From positions 32,001 through 96,000 of the forward strand of contig JBEKDT010000008.1 in assembly GCA_050014195.1 (NCBI GenBank): 64,000 bases of DNA. The letters run 5' to 3'. The translations under genes and the position numbers were made by a program. This stretch comes from Desulfomonilia bacterium. GTDB lineage: Bacteria; Desulfobacterota; Desulfomonilia; UBA1062. Below are positions 1 to 8,416 of the stretch, in pieces. Under the pieces are notes generated by a model. The model was not told where the DNA came from, did no database searches, and worked only from the letters and a program-made list of their open reading frames with translations. Each line of letters starts with the position of its first letter. Within the stretch, counting starts at the first letter, position 1.

Positions 1-312
<312 letters not shown>

Positions 313-324
313 GGGAGAATATTC

Positions 325-747
325 ATGGCTGAAGAATATATGCAGCTTGACGTGGTCACGCCTGAAAAGGCGGTGCTCAGCCGCAAGGCCACCGAGGTAG
401 TCGCGCCGGGCAGCCAGGGTGAATTCGGCGTACTCATCGGACACACCCCGTTCCTCACCACGCTAAAGCCCGGCCAGATCATCGTCAAGACCGAAGACCG
501 GGATATATACCTCGCAGTAGGTGGGGGTTTTGCCGAGGTCATTGCCAACAGGGTGATCATCCTTGCAGAAACGGCCGACATGGCCGAAGACATAGATGCC
601 TCTGAGGCGAAGGCGGAGATAGACCAGGCCCACGAGAAGCTGCGCGAGTTCAGCAAGGATGACCCGGAGTATACCAGATGGGAATCCAGGCTGATTAGGG
701 CCGAGGTCAAACTTCGGGTATTGGAAAACTGGGAGAAATCAAAGTAA
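325..747 (+). CDS. atpC: F0F1 ATP synthase subunit epsilon
   Basis: Directly after atpD; LDVVTPEK, APGSQGEFGVLIGHTP, GGFAEV motifs; GGAG RBS. Confidence 0.97.
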   Translation: MAEEYMQLDVVTPEKAVLSRKATEVVAPGSQGEFGVLIGHTPFLTTLKPGQIIVKTEDRDIYLAVGGGFAEVIANRVIILAETADMAEDIDASEAKAEIDQAHEKLREFSKDDPEYTRWESRLIRAEVKLRVLENWEKSK

Positions 748-773
748 CGAGTGTATCACGCTTTGTGTGCTGC

Positions 774-800
774 AAGAGGGGCCTTGTCCGGCCCCTCTTT
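774..800 (+). terminator. Intrinsic terminator-like hairpin after atp operon
   Basis: AAGAGGGGCC-ttgtcc-GGCCCCTCTT perfect 10-bp stem; short T tract. Confidence 0.7.
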
Positions 801-841
801 GATTATCATGGCATTCAAGTCCTTTTCGCCCCTTTGGGGAA

Positions 842-992
842 GTGACTAGGGGACATACCTATCCCTCACCCTTCGGGCGAACGTGGAGTACATCCAATTC
901 GTCTATCCTGACGGATTGTGACTCGGGACATCCATGTCCCTCGCCCTTCGGGTGAACGTGAAGTACATCCAATTCGTCTATCCTGACGAATT
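842..992. repeat. Two tandem ~75-bp imperfect repeats, each with several short hairpins (REP/MITE-like)
   Basis: Units 842-917 and 918-992 share GTGACT..GGGACAT..TCCCTC.CCCTTCGGG.GAACGTG.AGTACATCCAATTCGTCTATCCTGACG.ATT. Confidence 0.85.
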
Positions 993-1086
993 GTGGGACT
1001 TCGCTGAAGGTCTCAGGGCCCTGGCATCAAGCCGTATTGACTCTTTGGGAGAATCCCTCTATAAGCGTAAAAGTTTATAACCGTGT

Positions 1087-1163
1087 GCGCCCATAGCCCA
1101 GATGGATAGAGCGTTGGACTACGAATCCAAAGGTCGCAGGTTCGAATCCTGCTGGGCGCACCA
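1087..1163 (+). tRNA. tRNA-Arg(ACG)
   Basis: GCGCCCA acceptor stem pairs with TGGGCGC; anticodon arm TTGGA-CT-ACG-AA-TCCAA; T arm GCAGG-TTCGAAT-CCTGC; encoded CCA; 77 nt. Confidence 0.98.
1118..1160 (+). repeat. att core, left copy (3' part of tRNA-Arg)
   Basis: ACTACGAATCCAAAGGTCGCAGGTTCGAATCCTGCTGGGCGCA, identical to 8417-8459. Confidence 0.95.
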
Positions 1164-1209
1164 ACCCTAGAGCCATTCTACTTAAATCTAAGGAAGCCTA
1201 AATATCAAA

Positions 1210-1229
1210 TGGGTAACACATGGGTAACA
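1210..1229 (+). promoter_or_regulatory. Probable integrase arm-type sites, left end
   Basis: TGGGTAACA twice at 11-bp period; the same pair occurs at 8291-8310. Confidence 0.8.
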
Positions 1230-1481
1230 CCAGAAAGAAAACTGAAGTCTTTTCATTGGAGCCTGACTGCCCCTTTTATCATCGATCTAGTGATTGATCA
1301 GTGGATTGTTCGCGCGTGGGAGTGACCCCCCGGGGGTAGACCGCCATAGGGGAGGTATGCTTGTACTGGGTCCCATATCTGCCCGCTGCACACGAGAGGT
1401 GCAAAACGGGCTATGCTATACTTATAATTTCCAGATAAGTTCTTGAACTCTGTATGCCTATAAAACCAATAATGCTTCCTA

Positions 1482-1520
1482 TTGACTTTGTCGATGAGTG
1501 TTGTAATAAATATACAACAC
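1482..1520 (+). promoter_or_regulatory. Putative sigma70 promoter with overlapping operator palindrome upstream of the XRE gene
   Basis: TTGACT at 1482-1487; perfect inverted repeat GTGTTGTA-N7-TACAACAC at 1498-1520 covers the expected -10 region. Confidence 0.6.
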
Positions 1521-1548
1521 CACTTAATTGTGGGTTGTGGGGGGGACT

Positions 1549-1923
1549 ATGGATACTTTTGTGGGTTTTGGAGAATTCTTTAAAAAGATGAGAATGAAGA
1601 CTGGATTAACTCTACGTCAATTCTGTATGCAAAATGATCTTGATCCAGGGAACATTAGTAAAATTGAACGTGGTCTTGCACCACCACCTAGTTCAAAGAA
1701 AAATCTTGAAAAATATGCAGACCTACTCAAACTTAAAAAAAACAGTGATGATTGGTATACTTTTTTCGATCTTGCATCAGCATGTTCTGGTAAAATACCT
1801 CCAGACATGATGGATAATAATGAATTAGTTCAAAAGCTCCCATTAGTTTTTAGAACCCTTCGAGGTCAGAGTGTGCCACCTGATAAGCTTGATGAACTTA
1901 TTAAGTTAATTCGGAGATCTTAG
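1549..1923 (+). CDS. XRE-family helix-turn-helix transcriptional regulator
   Basis: FGEFFKKMRMKTGLTLRQFC...GNISKIERG (HTH_3 pattern); ATG at 1549 after a G-rich RBS. Confidence 0.88.
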   Translation: MDTFVGFGEFFKKMRMKTGLTLRQFCMQNDLDPGNISKIERGLAPPPSSKKNLEKYADLLKLKKNSDDWYTFFDLASACSGKIPPDMMDNNELVQKLPLVFRTLRGQSVPPDKLDELIKLIRRS

Positions 1924-2555
1924 TGTCATTATTGAAGGTTGAATATTTATCTTATGATCAAATAGCAAGAGCCGCCGATGATTTTCTGGAAGAGAGATCT
2001 ATAACGGAAGTACCGGTAGATATCGAAAGAATTATTGAATATGACTTAAGACTTGATATCATTACCATCCCTGGCTTATTTAAGAATTTCGATATTGACG
2101 GCTTCATCACTGGTGATTTTTCAGCAATCTATGTGGACGAATCCATCTACACAAACAGGCCGAATAGATATAGGTTCACACTTGCTCATGAGTTAGGCCA
2201 TTACGTACTACATAAAGAGATCCTAGGACAGGTGCCCATTACCTCAATATCTGAATGGAAAAGATACCAAGCGAATCTTAGCCCGAATGACAGATCCACA
2301 ATAGAGTTTCAGGGATATGCCTTTGGTGGATTATTGTTGGTTCCTAGACATCATCTGCAAAAGCATTTCGATGCTAATTTACCTGAAATTCAACCACTGA
2401 TAAAAAAAGCAGTGAGGGAAAGAATTCACAGAAGTAATTACTTAGACTATGCCTTAGAACATCTTGCAACAATATTAGCACCAATTTTTGAAGTATCAGT
2501 GGATGTTATTTCCCGAAGAATTAAAAAGGACAACCTGCATGAAGATATTCCTTAA
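1923..2555 (+). CDS. ImmA/IrrE-family zinc metallo-endopeptidase
   Basis: RYRFTLAHELGHYVLH motif, then E..G..F.G.LLVP; GTG start overlaps the XRE stop. Confidence 0.9.
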   Translation: MSLLKVEYLSYDQIARAADDFLEERSITEVPVDIERIIEYDLRLDIITIPGLFKNFDIDGFITGDFSAIYVDESIYTNRPNRYRFTLAHELGHYVLHKEILGQVPITSISEWKRYQANLSPNDRSTIEFQGYAFGGLLLVPRHHLQKHFDANLPEIQPLIKKAVRERIHRSNYLDYALEHLATILAPIFEVSVDVISRRIKKDNLHEDIP

Positions 2556-2665
2556 CACAAATTCGATTTACTCAATTCTGTAGAATATAAACCATTGACA
2601 ATCTTTAATTAGGGTATACTATATTATTTGCTCATTATGATCTGATCTAAAGGGGAGGTGATACC

Positions 2666-3157
2666 ATGAAAATCTCCATTGCCACTATTCTGATGTTCGT
2701 ACTGGTCGCTGTATTCTCATTAGCCTGGGCTGATGATTACACTGAGCAATCTGTAGGAAACATGGACTATGTCAATGGGCCAAATGGTTATCATGGGACC
2801 GGACAGAAAATCGGGAACATGTATTACTATAACGATAACCAGGGTAACCGCACCACTACACAATCCATAGGCCCGTTCGACTATACCAATGGGACGACCA
2901 CAACAAACAAGAATAGCAATAGCAACAGCTTATTCCCAACTACTACGAAACCATACAACTCCACTGGTCAACAGATAGGAAATATGTATTATCATCAGGA
3001 CAACCAGGGTGAAAGCTCTACGACACAATCCATCGGCCCATTTGATTATACCACGGGAAACAAAGGATATTCAGGGCAGGGCCAGCAGATAGGGAACACC
3101 TACTATTACCACGACAACAAAAAGAAATCGAATCTCATGGATGCCGAAGAAAAATAA
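2666..3157 (+). CDS. Secreted hypothetical protein with internal GQxIGNxYY / QSIGPFDY repeats
   Basis: Signal peptide ending AWA; GGAGG RBS; repeated units visible in the translation. Confidence 0.8.
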   Translation: MKISIATILMFVLVAVFSLAWADDYTEQSVGNMDYVNGPNGYHGTGQKIGNMYYYNDNQGNRTTTQSIGPFDYTNGTTTTNKNSNSNSLFPTTTKPYNSTGQQIGNMYYHQDNQGESSTTQSIGPFDYTTGNKGYSGQGQQIGNTYYYHDNKKKSNLMDAEEK

Positions 3158-3196
3158 TACAAATGAGACTTACATAATTTATACATAGTAATTTTA

Positions 3197-3820
3197 TTAT
3201 TTCTTGGGTTTCCATTCTCTTGCTAACTTCTGAGCTTCTGCTATTTGGTCAGGTGTCATATCTCGTTCAAGGTCGGTTCTTATATCGGAAGCACTAGGTT
3301 CCTTGTCATCTTTTTGACCTGGTAAATCTGATTGAGAAGCGGCTAGGTTTAACCACATATAAGCTAAAACATAATCTTTAGGTAACCCTTTACCTATAGC
3401 ATATGACATCCCAAGGAACTTCTGTGCATCTGCAACTCCTTTGTTGGCTGCTCTTTTATACCAGTATACCGCTATTTGATCATTTTTTTGAACACCTGCT
3501 CCAGCAGAGTACATCCTACCAATTGCATATTGGGCAAAAGTATCGCCTCCATGTTTAGCTGAGGCATTAGAAGCTTTCTGATACCAGGTCATAGCGTTTT
3601 TATAATCTTTTGGGACTCCCAAGCCATCATGATACATAGTCCCAATTAAACTTTGGGCATCACCATCTCCTTTCTCTGCAAGAGGTATCAATTTAATCAT
3701 TGCAGCTTGGTAATCCCCATTTAGATAAGTTTTAAAAAAGATATCTTCATAATCATCACATCTAGACACACTCGGAAATATCAGTAAAAGTAGAGTAATT
3801 AGAATGACTGCCTTCTTCAT
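3197..3820 (-). CDS. Sel1-like repeat (TPR) secreted protein
   Basis: AEKGDGDAQSLIGTMYHDGLGVPKDY.., AANKGVADAQ..LG..Y..GKG.PKDYVLAYMWLNLAA, MTPDQIAEAQKLAREW tail; signal peptide from MKKAVIL. Confidence 0.92.
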   Translation of the reverse strand: MKKAVILITLLLLIFPSVSRCDDYEDIFFKTYLNGDYQAAMIKLIPLAEKGDGDAQSLIGTMYHDGLGVPKDYKNAMTWYQKASNASAKHGGDTFAQYAIGRMYSAGAGVQKNDQIAVYWYKRAANKGVADAQKFLGMSYAIGKGLPKDYVLAYMWLNLAASQSDLPGQKDDKEPSASDIRTDLERDMTPDQIAEAQKLAREWKPKK

Positions 3821-3985
3821 TGACCCCCCCCTCATTAGTACAAGGCTGCAATTCAAAGGTGAAATGATCGAAATACAATTATAATCCTATTGTGCTTATA
3901 GGGGGTAGTCTTTTGTTTCATATAGGACGTTTTTAACTATGATAATCCTTGATTATAGCATAATAGTGAATATATAATATCGGAG

Positions 3986-4408
3986 ATGACACACCAGAAT
4001 CAGATGGTGAGAGTTGCAGAAATGATTGCTTCTGGAGAGTCTCAGCTTGCAATTTCGCGTGCTACCGGCATCTCGCAACCGACCATATCAAGACTCGTCA
4101 ATAACAATGAAACAGTCAAAGCCCTTATAGAATCTATCCGAGAAAGAGCTATCACAGAATGCGCTGAAACCTCGTTCCAGAATATCAAGGGGATCATTTC
4201 TAGCACTGAAAAAGAAGACAAAGAGTTGCGGCTTAAATATTCTGCGAAGATGCTTGAATCTATAGGTGTGCTTCCGTCACACACACAGGCTGCAATTACG
4301 CTTAATGTATTCCAGCAAAATAATGATATCCACCTCGATCAAGCCGCAGATCTTGCGCTTAAGCACCTTGGTATAGACTCGACCAGGGTGATAGACGATG
4401 AGGATTGA
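3986..4408 (+). CDS. HTH protein, possible terminase small subunit-like
   Basis: N-terminal HTH (GESQLAISRATGISQPTISR), helical RLKYSAKMLESIG segment and acidic tail; position within a satellite-like element. Confidence 0.5.
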   Translation: MTHQNQMVRVAEMIASGESQLAISRATGISQPTISRLVNNNETVKALIESIRERAITECAETSFQNIKGIISSTEKEDKELRLKYSAKMLESIGVLPSHTQAAITLNVFQQNNDIHLDQAADLALKHLGIDSTRVIDDED

Positions 4409-4542
4409 TTCATTGTGTCCCTCTCTGGCAATCAGTGAAGCATGTGCGGGTAGGGGGTTTATCCTTCCATATGAGAAGGGACCTATTACATTCATACGAT
4501 CCCATACAGATACCCCTACTACACCTGGTATATATAAGTATA

Positions 4543-4733
4543 GTGAGGTGGGGCTCACTCGAACGGAAAAGAAAAGGGATTTTTGCCTGATTTGCCGAAA
4601 ACCTTTTGATGGTGAGGATTTTCACCATATTTAGGGTGCTGATTCGGGTGAGGTTTTGCACCATGTCAAACTGGCCTTTTTGTTGTTTCGGGTGAGGTGG
4701 GGCTCACTTGTCGGGTGAGGTGGGACTCACTCG
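4543..4733. repeat. Five iteron-like repeats (putative replication origin)
   Basis: GTGAGG-N4/5-(T/G)CAC units at 4543, 4611, 4644, 4688 and 4711, overlapping and following the 3' end of the rep-like gene. Confidence 0.7.
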
Positions 4734-5232
4734 ATAATTTGCTTTTCCTTGTTTCATTAAATCTCTTCAGGCTATCGTTGTAAGATATCTTTGCGGGTAT
4801 CTCGGGTTTCACGAAGTAAGGAGTCCCATAATGTTGCCAGTCATCAACCAGCATATAGAGTGTAGGTACACGCTCACCCTGAAGGGTACCGCCTGGTTTC
4901 TCTACTCTCAGAAAGCCATGAGCTATGAGTTGCACAATGCAGTCATTGAATGTCCGTCTGTTAATGTCCCATAAATTTTCCGCTTCATTATAGGTGAAAA
5001 TGAGACCGCGGTTATCATATATCCGCTTGGTATTCTGTCGTTTTCCATCTTTATGCCAAGATCTACGGCACAGAAAGAGCATCAAAACAAACTTTGAGGT
5101 ATGGCTTAATTTGATGAATGCCGCCGAACGAAGCATTTTGCGAGGCATTCTAACATCCAAGTCATGATTGTTTTTCTTGTCTTTGTCTTTCCACCCATAG
5201 CGGGTGAGAGTTTCAGTATCAGGAGCTTGCAT
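4666..5232 (-). CDS. Winged-HTH replication-initiator-like protein
   Basis: MLRSAAFIKLSHTSKFVLM...FTYNEAE..INRRTF..CIVQLIAHGFL.VEKPGG...PTLY pattern; iterons at its 3' end; position after alpA. Confidence 0.6.
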   Translation of the reverse strand: MQAPDTETLTRYGWKDKDKKNNHDLDVRMPRKMLRSAAFIKLSHTSKFVLMLFLCRRSWHKDGKRQNTKRIYDNRGLIFTYNEAENLWDINRRTFNDCIVQLIAHGFLRVEKPGGTLQGERVPTLYMLVDDWQHYGTPYFVKPEIPAKISYNDSLKRFNETRKSKLSSESHLTRQVSPTSPETTKRPV

Positions 5233-5401
5233 GGTGCCCTCCGTCTGATGCTTCCATCATGAGCATCAGCACGATCTTTGCTTCATCGGTCAAAGTGCGA
5301 TATGCCAAGGACCTTTTCATGTCATCAGGTATGGGAATCTCGCGCTCTAACCATTCCCGCTTTTCGCTTATTGTTTTGAGGTTATCAGGGGGCCTAATCA
5401 T
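5219..5401 (-). CDS. Small hypothetical protein resembling the N-terminus of the adjacent rep-like gene
   Basis: Overlaps both neighbours; PDDMKRSLAYRTLTDEAKIVLMLM resembles PRKMLRSAAFIKLSHTSKFVLMLF. Confidence 0.6.
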   Translation of the reverse strand: MIRPPDNLKTISEKREWLEREIPIPDDMKRSLAYRTLTDEAKIVLMLMMEASDGGHHASS

Positions 5402-5753
5402 TGCGGGGTGCCTCCTGGGGGTATACCTTCATACCACCCTCAGCATCCAAGGTTGAAAAATATACTGCCGGTGGTGTTCCTGGACAAAATGAAGGGGGTT
5501 CCTGCTTACTTCCCCTGAACAGATACAACGAGCAAGTACCGTTCAGGCATTGCCGAACCTCTGAGGGTTGATTGCTACAACACCATAGGCAGTATGCCCG
5601 GATTGCTTTATTCCGTGCCTTGGGGTTCTGTTTGCCCTTACCCGTTCTATAGGGGAACAGGAGACAGGTCTTTATAAGGCACCCATTTACTTCCTTTGTG
5701 CTCCAGGCTGAACAATTCAGACATTTCTCTCGGATTGCTTGCCTTCTATTCAT
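5394..5753 (-). CDS. Cys-rich protein with two tandem putative Zn-binding motifs
   Basis: AIREKCLNC..EV..C....C.LFPYR and AIRAYCLWC..EV..C....C.LYLFR. Confidence 0.75.
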   Translation of the reverse strand: MNRRQAIREKCLNCSAWSTKEVNGCLIKTCLLFPYRTGKGKQNPKARNKAIRAYCLWCCSNQPSEVRQCLNGTCSLYLFRGSKQEPPSFCPGTPPAVYFSTLDAEGGMKVYPQEAPRND

Positions 5754-5755
5754 TG

Positions 5756-6001
5756 CTACCTCTTTGTAGCATCCGTTGCACTGGTACTAGTGAAGGTGGG
5801 CAATGATAAGATGAACGCTTCTAAGTCGGATCGTCTATATCTGATTGACCTTCCTATGCGAGTGAAGGGGATTTTGAGCCGTCCATAGATTCGGTCCTGC
5901 TCGACCGATGAAACGCCCATACCGAGAAATTCGGCTGCCTCTTTGGTGTTGAGTAATTCCTTTTTTGACTGGTACACAGGATTTGTGAAAGCCATGCTCA
6001 A
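5756..6001 (-). CDS. AlpA/excisionase-like HTH DNA-binding protein
   Basis: LLNTKEAAEFLG...PFTRIGRSIRYRRSDLEAFI (HTH_17 pattern); AAGGAGG RBS. Confidence 0.88.
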   Translation of the reverse strand: MSMAFTNPVYQSKKELLNTKEAAEFLGMGVSSVEQDRIYGRLKIPFTRIGRSIRYRRSDLEAFILSLPTFTSTSATDATKR

Positions 6002-6098
6002 GCCTCCTTTTGTTGTGTGGTGGGTTTGTATTGTGGCTTGAGCAATATCAGATTAGATATGGCAAACAGCTAGCTACGTGCCAAGAAAATGAACAGAG

Positions 6099-6941
6099 TT
6101 AATTTATTGTTTCTTTGTACTCTTTAACGTATGTCCTGAAGGTTCGAAATTTTATATAGAAATCTATGTCTCCATCTTCCACATGAAGATACTCACCTTC
6201 CGTATCTGATTCAAAAGTAATATTATATTTACCTGGTACTGAATACTTTTTCTTGAAACGATCCCACAAGGCTTGAGCACTTAATGATCTTCCTTTATCT
6301 ACTTCCTCGATTGCCCTGAAAATAACAGCTCCCTTTACTGCGCGTTGTTTATTTTTGCTACTGCCGGCGTTATGCTCCCTAAGACTTTCTTTGGTCAATT
6401 CAAGCTCTTTGATATTAAGCATGTAACTCTTGATAATTTCTTGTTCTTGGGGTGTATTAGGTGTTTCCAGATCAGCATATGTCTTATGATATATATCCCC
6501 ATTCTTTTTATAATAGTTAGATGCCTCATTCAGCCAATATATGGCTAGGACGCCATGTTTTAAGGCACGATAGATAATACCTGTGTTTCTGCCTTCTTGA
6601 TCTACATCTTCCTTGATGGGAAACAATTCATTGATAACTGTTGTCTCAGATTTTCCTGAGGTCCACATAGGACACAAATCACCTGGCCGCCAGGTTTTAT
6701 GTACTTCAGTCTCGTTCAGCTTCTTGATAATCTGATTACATGTAGCTTTTATGTCTTCAGTTCCATCCAACATCTTGAATAATTGATTGTATATCTCTAT
6801 AGGCAAGAGAGTTAAGAGTATGTCTCTGACTTGCTTCTCCCAGCCTTCGATTCCCAGGCCCATCCAGTCAGGCTCTGTCCAGGCATCAAGGTCATCGGTG
6901 ATGTCATCAGTAAAGTCATTAGGTGGTTTACCCATAAGCAA
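6099..6941 (-). CDS. Hypothetical protein between integrase and alpA
   Basis: 280-aa AT-rich ORF with GAGGGG RBS; no recognisable motif. Confidence 0.7.
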   Translation of the reverse strand: MLMGKPPNDFTDDITDDLDAWTEPDWMGLGIEGWEKQVRDILLTLLPIEIYNQLFKMLDGTEDIKATCNQIIKKLNETEVHKTWRPGDLCPMWTSGKSETTVINELFPIKEDVDQEGRNTGIIYRALKHGVLAIYWLNEASNYYKKNGDIYHKTYADLETPNTPQEQEIIKSYMLNIKELELTKESLREHNAGSSKNKQRAVKGAVIFRAIEEVDKGRSLSAQALWDRFKKKYSVPGKYNITFESDTEGEYLHVEDGDIDFYIKFRTFRTYVKEYKETIN

Positions 6942-6969
6942 TTCCCCTCTTGCTTCCCCTTACTAAGAA

Positions 6970-7024
6970 CCATGGCCAGGGCAATGGGGATATTGCCTTT
7001 TCGGTTCGTCAACCTAGGCCATGG
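6970..7024 (-). ncRNA. C4-antisense-like structured RNA downstream of integrase
   Basis: Minus strand reads CCATGGCCTAGG-TTGACGAA-CCGAAAAG-GCAAT-ATCCCC-ATTGC-CCTGGCCATGG: outer stem, CCGAAAAG motif and inner hairpin, as recalled for the C4 RNA motif. Confidence 0.55.
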
Positions 7025-7036
7025 ATATGTGATATT

Positions 7037-8269
7037 CTATGCCCTGATCGGGATAACCTTGCCCCTTGTCTCTTTGATTAGGCAAGCCTTCATGATCCTG
7101 TCTGTAACCCTCTGCATGGGCGCTCTAAGCTGTTCAGTCGAAATGATAAGATAACCGGCGGTTACATCATTGCCGGTGTAGTGATTCAAGAGACGCTTCA
7201 AGACGGCATAGCTGACTTCCTGTTCTGCAATGCTGGTGAAAGTCCTTCTCAGGTCATGGAGGCAGAAATCTACCTTGGACATTTCAATCACTGCCTCAAC
7301 TGCGCGTTTAAGCTCTATGAGGTGTTCCTTGCGTTTAAGCTCAGTTAGGTTTTTCTTTGATCCTTGTCCCGGGAAGACCCATTCATTCTCTCTTAATGCA
7401 AGCCTTCGGTTGAATATGTCAAAGAGAGTGTTGGACATGGGCAGGGTGTGCTCCTTGTGATTCTTGGCGATCTCAGCGCGTATGGTGAAGGTCTTATCCT
7501 TCATGTCCACATCCTCCCATTGCAGGGTAAGTATCTCTTGCTCTCTGCATCCTGAGAAGAGAAGGAGGAGTAGGGCGTCACTGGCTATGGGGTTCGAATA
7601 CTTTTTTACAGCATCGTGCCACACCCTCAGTTCATGTTCTTTGATAAGGGTCTGCCTTCTGTTTACCTGAAACCATTGCCTACTTTGTGAAAGCCTCTTG
7701 GTGGGATTCTCGGGCAGGGTTCCATCAGAGATTTCCTGAGCATGATTGTAGATTGCCCTGAAAGTCCTCATAACATTATTTGCTGCAACCGGACTACGTT
7801 CTGACGCTATCTTGAGGTGCCTCTTTGATATGTCATTCTTGCCGATCTCATCAAGAGGCCTGTTCATCCAATCAGAAAGCCACAGATGAAGAAGACAATT
7901 GTAAGTCCTCTTAGTGCCCTCTCTGAGTAAAGGTTTTGAGGTGAAATACTCTTCCATGGCCTTTTTCAAGGTGATACCCCTTATCCGGGCTAGGGCCTTC
8001 TCTCTGTTTGGATTGATACCGTTAGCCATCATGACAAGCTTTTCCCGGGCCTCTTTTCGTGCCTCATCAGGAGTTTTAACGCCATGCTTTCCGATGGTAT
8101 ACCGGATTAATTGCCCGTTCACTCTGCATAGAACAAAATAGATTATGCTACTTTCTGTTACCCGTATGCCGAACCCGGGCAAATCCTCATCGAAGTATTC
8201 AACTCTCTTGTTCCCCTGGGGTGTGGGCAACTTGTCTATGACCGATTTGATGAGCCGGATATTAGCCAT
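7037..8269 (-). CDS. Tyrosine recombinase/integrase (P4-like, with N-terminal arm-binding domain)
   Basis: N-terminal YFDEDLPGFGIRV..YTIGKHG; catalytic SGCR, K (AKNHK), HDLRR, LLNH, TAGY. Confidence 0.96.
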   Translation of the reverse strand: MANIRLIKSVIDKLPTPQGNKRVEYFDEDLPGFGIRVTESSIIYFVLCRVNGQLIRYTIGKHGVKTPDEARKEAREKLVMMANGINPNREKALARIRGITLKKAMEEYFTSKPLLREGTKRTYNCLLHLWLSDWMNRPLDEIGKNDISKRHLKIASERSPVAANNVMRTFRAIYNHAQEISDGTLPENPTKRLSQSRQWFQVNRRQTLIKEHELRVWHDAVKKYSNPIASDALLLLLFSGCREQEILTLQWEDVDMKDKTFTIRAEIAKNHKEHTLPMSNTLFDIFNRRLALRENEWVFPGQGSKKNLTELKRKEHLIELKRAVEAVIEMSKVDFCLHDLRRTFTSIAEQEVSYAVLKRLLNHYTGNDVTAGYLIISTEQLRAPMQRVTDRIMKACLIKETRGKVIPIRA

Positions 8270-8290
8270 ATATTTGACCTCTCTCCTTCG

Positions 8291-8310
8291 TGGGTAACAT
8301 ATGGGTAACA
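8291..8310 (+). promoter_or_regulatory. Probable integrase arm-type sites, right end
   Basis: TGGGTAACA twice at 11-bp period, matching 1210-1229. Confidence 0.8.
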
Positions 8311-8416
8311 GATCGTGCGAAATATGTCAATACTCAACACAAGACATCAATAAGTGATCTTTGTAATATCAGTAAGTTAAATACATATCGTAACACGATA
8401 ATACATAGGCATTTAA

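Noticed and set aside
842-992. Possible CRISPR array
   Set aside because: Only two contiguous 75-bp units, no unique spacers and no cas genes in the window.
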